DNA of 57,857 bases, taken from contig JAFUZE010000298.1 in NCBI GenBank assembly GCA_017476765.1, forward strand, positions 1-57,857, given 5' to 3'. Made by a program: the position numbers and the translations under genes. The notes below the pieces were generated by a model. It did not search any database. It had not been told where the DNA came from and was given only the letters and a program-made list of their open reading frames with translations. Source of the DNA: Lachnospiraceae bacterium (GTDB lineage: Bacteria > Bacillota > Clostridia > Lachnospirales > Lachnospiraceae). Of the stretch, positions 56,485 to 57,857 are shown one piece after another; the stretch's first letter is position 1, and each line of letters opens with the position of its first letter.

Positions 56485-57087
56485 CTATACCGTTCTTCTC
56501 AATTTCTTTTTCACATTCGCTATCACGAATTTGTAGCCGAGACCATAAATCGCCAAAACCGTTCTTTGCATGGCGGCAAAGCATAGAATCATAAGCGGAA
56601 TCCCCCATACATATCCGATTCCGCTTAAAAGCTGTTCTCTTGAATAAGTAACCAGCACGATCACGGATGTGATACCCAACAATATACCTGTGACCATACC
56701 GGGAGTATACGGTTTATCCATCTTATGAATCTTGATCCCCGCAAGGTGGATAAATGTTTCAAATAGCCCAAGATAAATCGGCACCAGTGACAGAATCGGG
56801 TTCTGTGTAAAGAAGGGAACAAAAGTAATTACAAGCAACAATACTGCCACAGGAATATGAGCTTTTGCTATCTGATCTGCGTCAGCTTTCACTCCAAAGA
56901 ATTTCACCATGAGATCTGCAAACCCGCCCGGAAAACGTGTTTCTTCCCATTCATGAAGCGTAAAGAGAAACATATATTCCAGCATGATCCGCTGGATCAA
57001 TCTGAGTTGGCTGCCGAAAACTGCACAACTCGTAATCATACCGAAAAAGAGAACGGTCATGATTTCAAGGTTATATTTCTTGAGCAT
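56485..57087 (-). CDS. HXXEE-domain membrane protein
   Basis: Six TM segments; HEWEE motif (FTLHEWEETRFPGG). Confidence 0.8.
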   Translation of the reverse strand: MLKKYNLEIMTVLFFGMITSCAVFGSQLRLIQRIMLEYMFLFTLHEWEETRFPGGFADLMVKFFGVKADADQIAKAHIPVAVLLLVITFVPFFTQNPILSLVPIYLGLFETFIHLAGIKIHKMDKPYTPGMVTGILLGITSVIVLVTYSREQLLSGIGYVWGIPLMILCFAAMQRTVLAIYGLGYKFVIANVKKKLRRTV

Positions 57088-57114
57088 GTGCTTCTTCCCC
57101 CGTTAAATCCCGAT

Positions 57115-57657
57115 TTATAACAGTGTTTGCCACTCTTCCTTCGTCATGGCATTTACATGACCTGTCCGTTTCTCGTGCATCAGCGGAACATCAACACCCT
57201 CGGTAGTCCACTGATACTTAAAGCCAACCTTTTCCTGGACACGCTTCGATTTGGTGTTGCCTTCATAATATCCACACCACACCTTGCTCATGCCGATATC
57301 CTCAAAGGCATGGCGGAGCATTTCCCTTGCAGCTTCCGGCATGATGCCCTGACCCCAGAACGGTTTTCCAAGCCAGTAGCCAAGTTCACATTCATCATCT
57401 TTTTCGGTCATATCAGTACGACCATTTAGTTTCAGTTCTATAGCACCGATAGCCTTTCCATCTTCTTTGAGACAAATCGCATAAGCTTCCTTGCCATTAA
57501 AGACATTTTTAATCACATCCCGGCTTTCATCTAAACTCTGATGAGCAGGCCACCCGGCAATCGGTCCCACATCGGGATTGCTGGCGTACTTGTATAAATC
57601 CTCTGCATCGCTTTCTGCCCAGCGGCGCAGAATAAGCCTTTCTGTTTCCAATATCAT
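57115..57657 (-). CDS. GNAT-family N-acetyltransferase (RimJ/RimL-like)
   Basis: MILETERLILRRWAESDAEDLYKYASNPDV..., WGQGIMPEAAREMLRHAF acetyl-CoA motif. Confidence 0.9.
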   Translation of the reverse strand: MILETERLILRRWAESDAEDLYKYASNPDVGPIAGWPAHQSLDESRDVIKNVFNGKEAYAICLKEDGKAIGAIELKLNGRTDMTEKDDECELGYWLGKPFWGQGIMPEAAREMLRHAFEDIGMSKVWCGYYEGNTKSKRVQEKVGFKYQWTTEGVDVPLMHEKRTGHVNAMTKEEWQTLL

Positions 57658-57668
57658 TATTTTTGCTC

Positions 57669-57857
57669 CTATAATTTCTTCGGAAGCTTAATATTCACAT
57701 TGCCACCGAGTACACCTACTCCTATCACTAACCCTGCTACAAGGACAGAACTTGCGACTTTTACAATGCCCCAATTAAACTGCCGCTTCTCCGAATCCTT
57801 CTTGTCAACCATACGAACCGTTTCTGTTTCCTGCGAACGAATCTCAGTATCCTTTTC
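57669..57857 (-). CDS. 3' end of an ORF entering from the right edge; C-terminal TM anchor
   Basis: Open minus-strand frame ...EKDTEIRSQETETVRMVDKKDSEKRQFNWGIVKVASSVLVAGLVIGVGVLGGNVNIKLPKKL* with TAG at 57669-57671. Confidence 0.4.
   Translation of the reverse strand, partial: EKDTEIRSQETETVRMVDKKDSEKRQFNWGIVKVASSVLVAGLVIGVGVLGGNVNIKLPKKL

Overview
This is a gene-dense 57.9-kb chromosomal segment that looks like a Clostridia (Lachnospiraceae-like) Firmicute. Supporting signs are GGAGG-type RBSs, a BspA-type LRR surface protein, a LytTR/DUF3021 pair and many HxlR modules. I call about 55 CDS, roughly three quarters on the minus strand. I saw no rRNA, tRNA or CRISPR array. ORF-track starts include GTG/TTG, so many starts were moved to the first RBS-supported start codon.

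Left part (1-35 kb):
- a secreted S8 protease (runs off the left edge) and an LRR surface protein
- a dual-HTH regulator
- a relP-relRS-like operon (small alarmone synthetase, OmpR-type regulator, histidine kinase)
- an HD hydrolase translationally coupled to a MocR regulator
- glgB, directly preceded by a 1221-aa protein (TPR, acidic repeats, degenerate AAA+) carrying fifteen 30-bp tandem repeats
- a Nudix hydrolase and a chemoreceptor
- an ABC exporter-LytTR-DUF3021 operon
- a PAS hybrid kinase and an aldo-keto reductase
- an XRE-TPR regulator with a divergent 41-codon ORF
- a nitrilase-family hydrolase, a DUF3089 lipoprotein and a MATE pump
- a TenA-family gene coupled to a LecB/PA-IIL-like lectin gene
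- an ABC-class ATPase behind an iteron-bearing promoter

Middle-right (35-52.5 kb) is an accessory-looking redox/electrophile-response patchwork. It holds flavodoxins, FMN reductases, an SDR, an OYE, DsbA-fold proteins, an MBL hydrolase, a LigB dioxygenase, a MIF tautomerase, TIGR04076 and AzlCD. These sit under LysR, TetR and four HxlR-family loci (two intact, two decayed). Several pseudogenes lie among them, and a 38-nt leader motif is shared by two of the modules.

Right part (52.5-56.3 kb) is a decayed prophage packaging module (terminase and portal remnants) carrying two Fic genes. It is followed by HXXEE, GNAT and a partial membrane-anchored ORF.

Best candidates for something undescribed:
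- the TenA-LecB-like lectin pair
- the EccA-like but ATPase-dead giant repeat protein coupled to glgB
- the HxlR/TIGR04076 electrophile island with its shared leader motif
- the Fic cassettes embedded in the phage remnant

All homology statements are made by eye from motifs. None was checked against a database.
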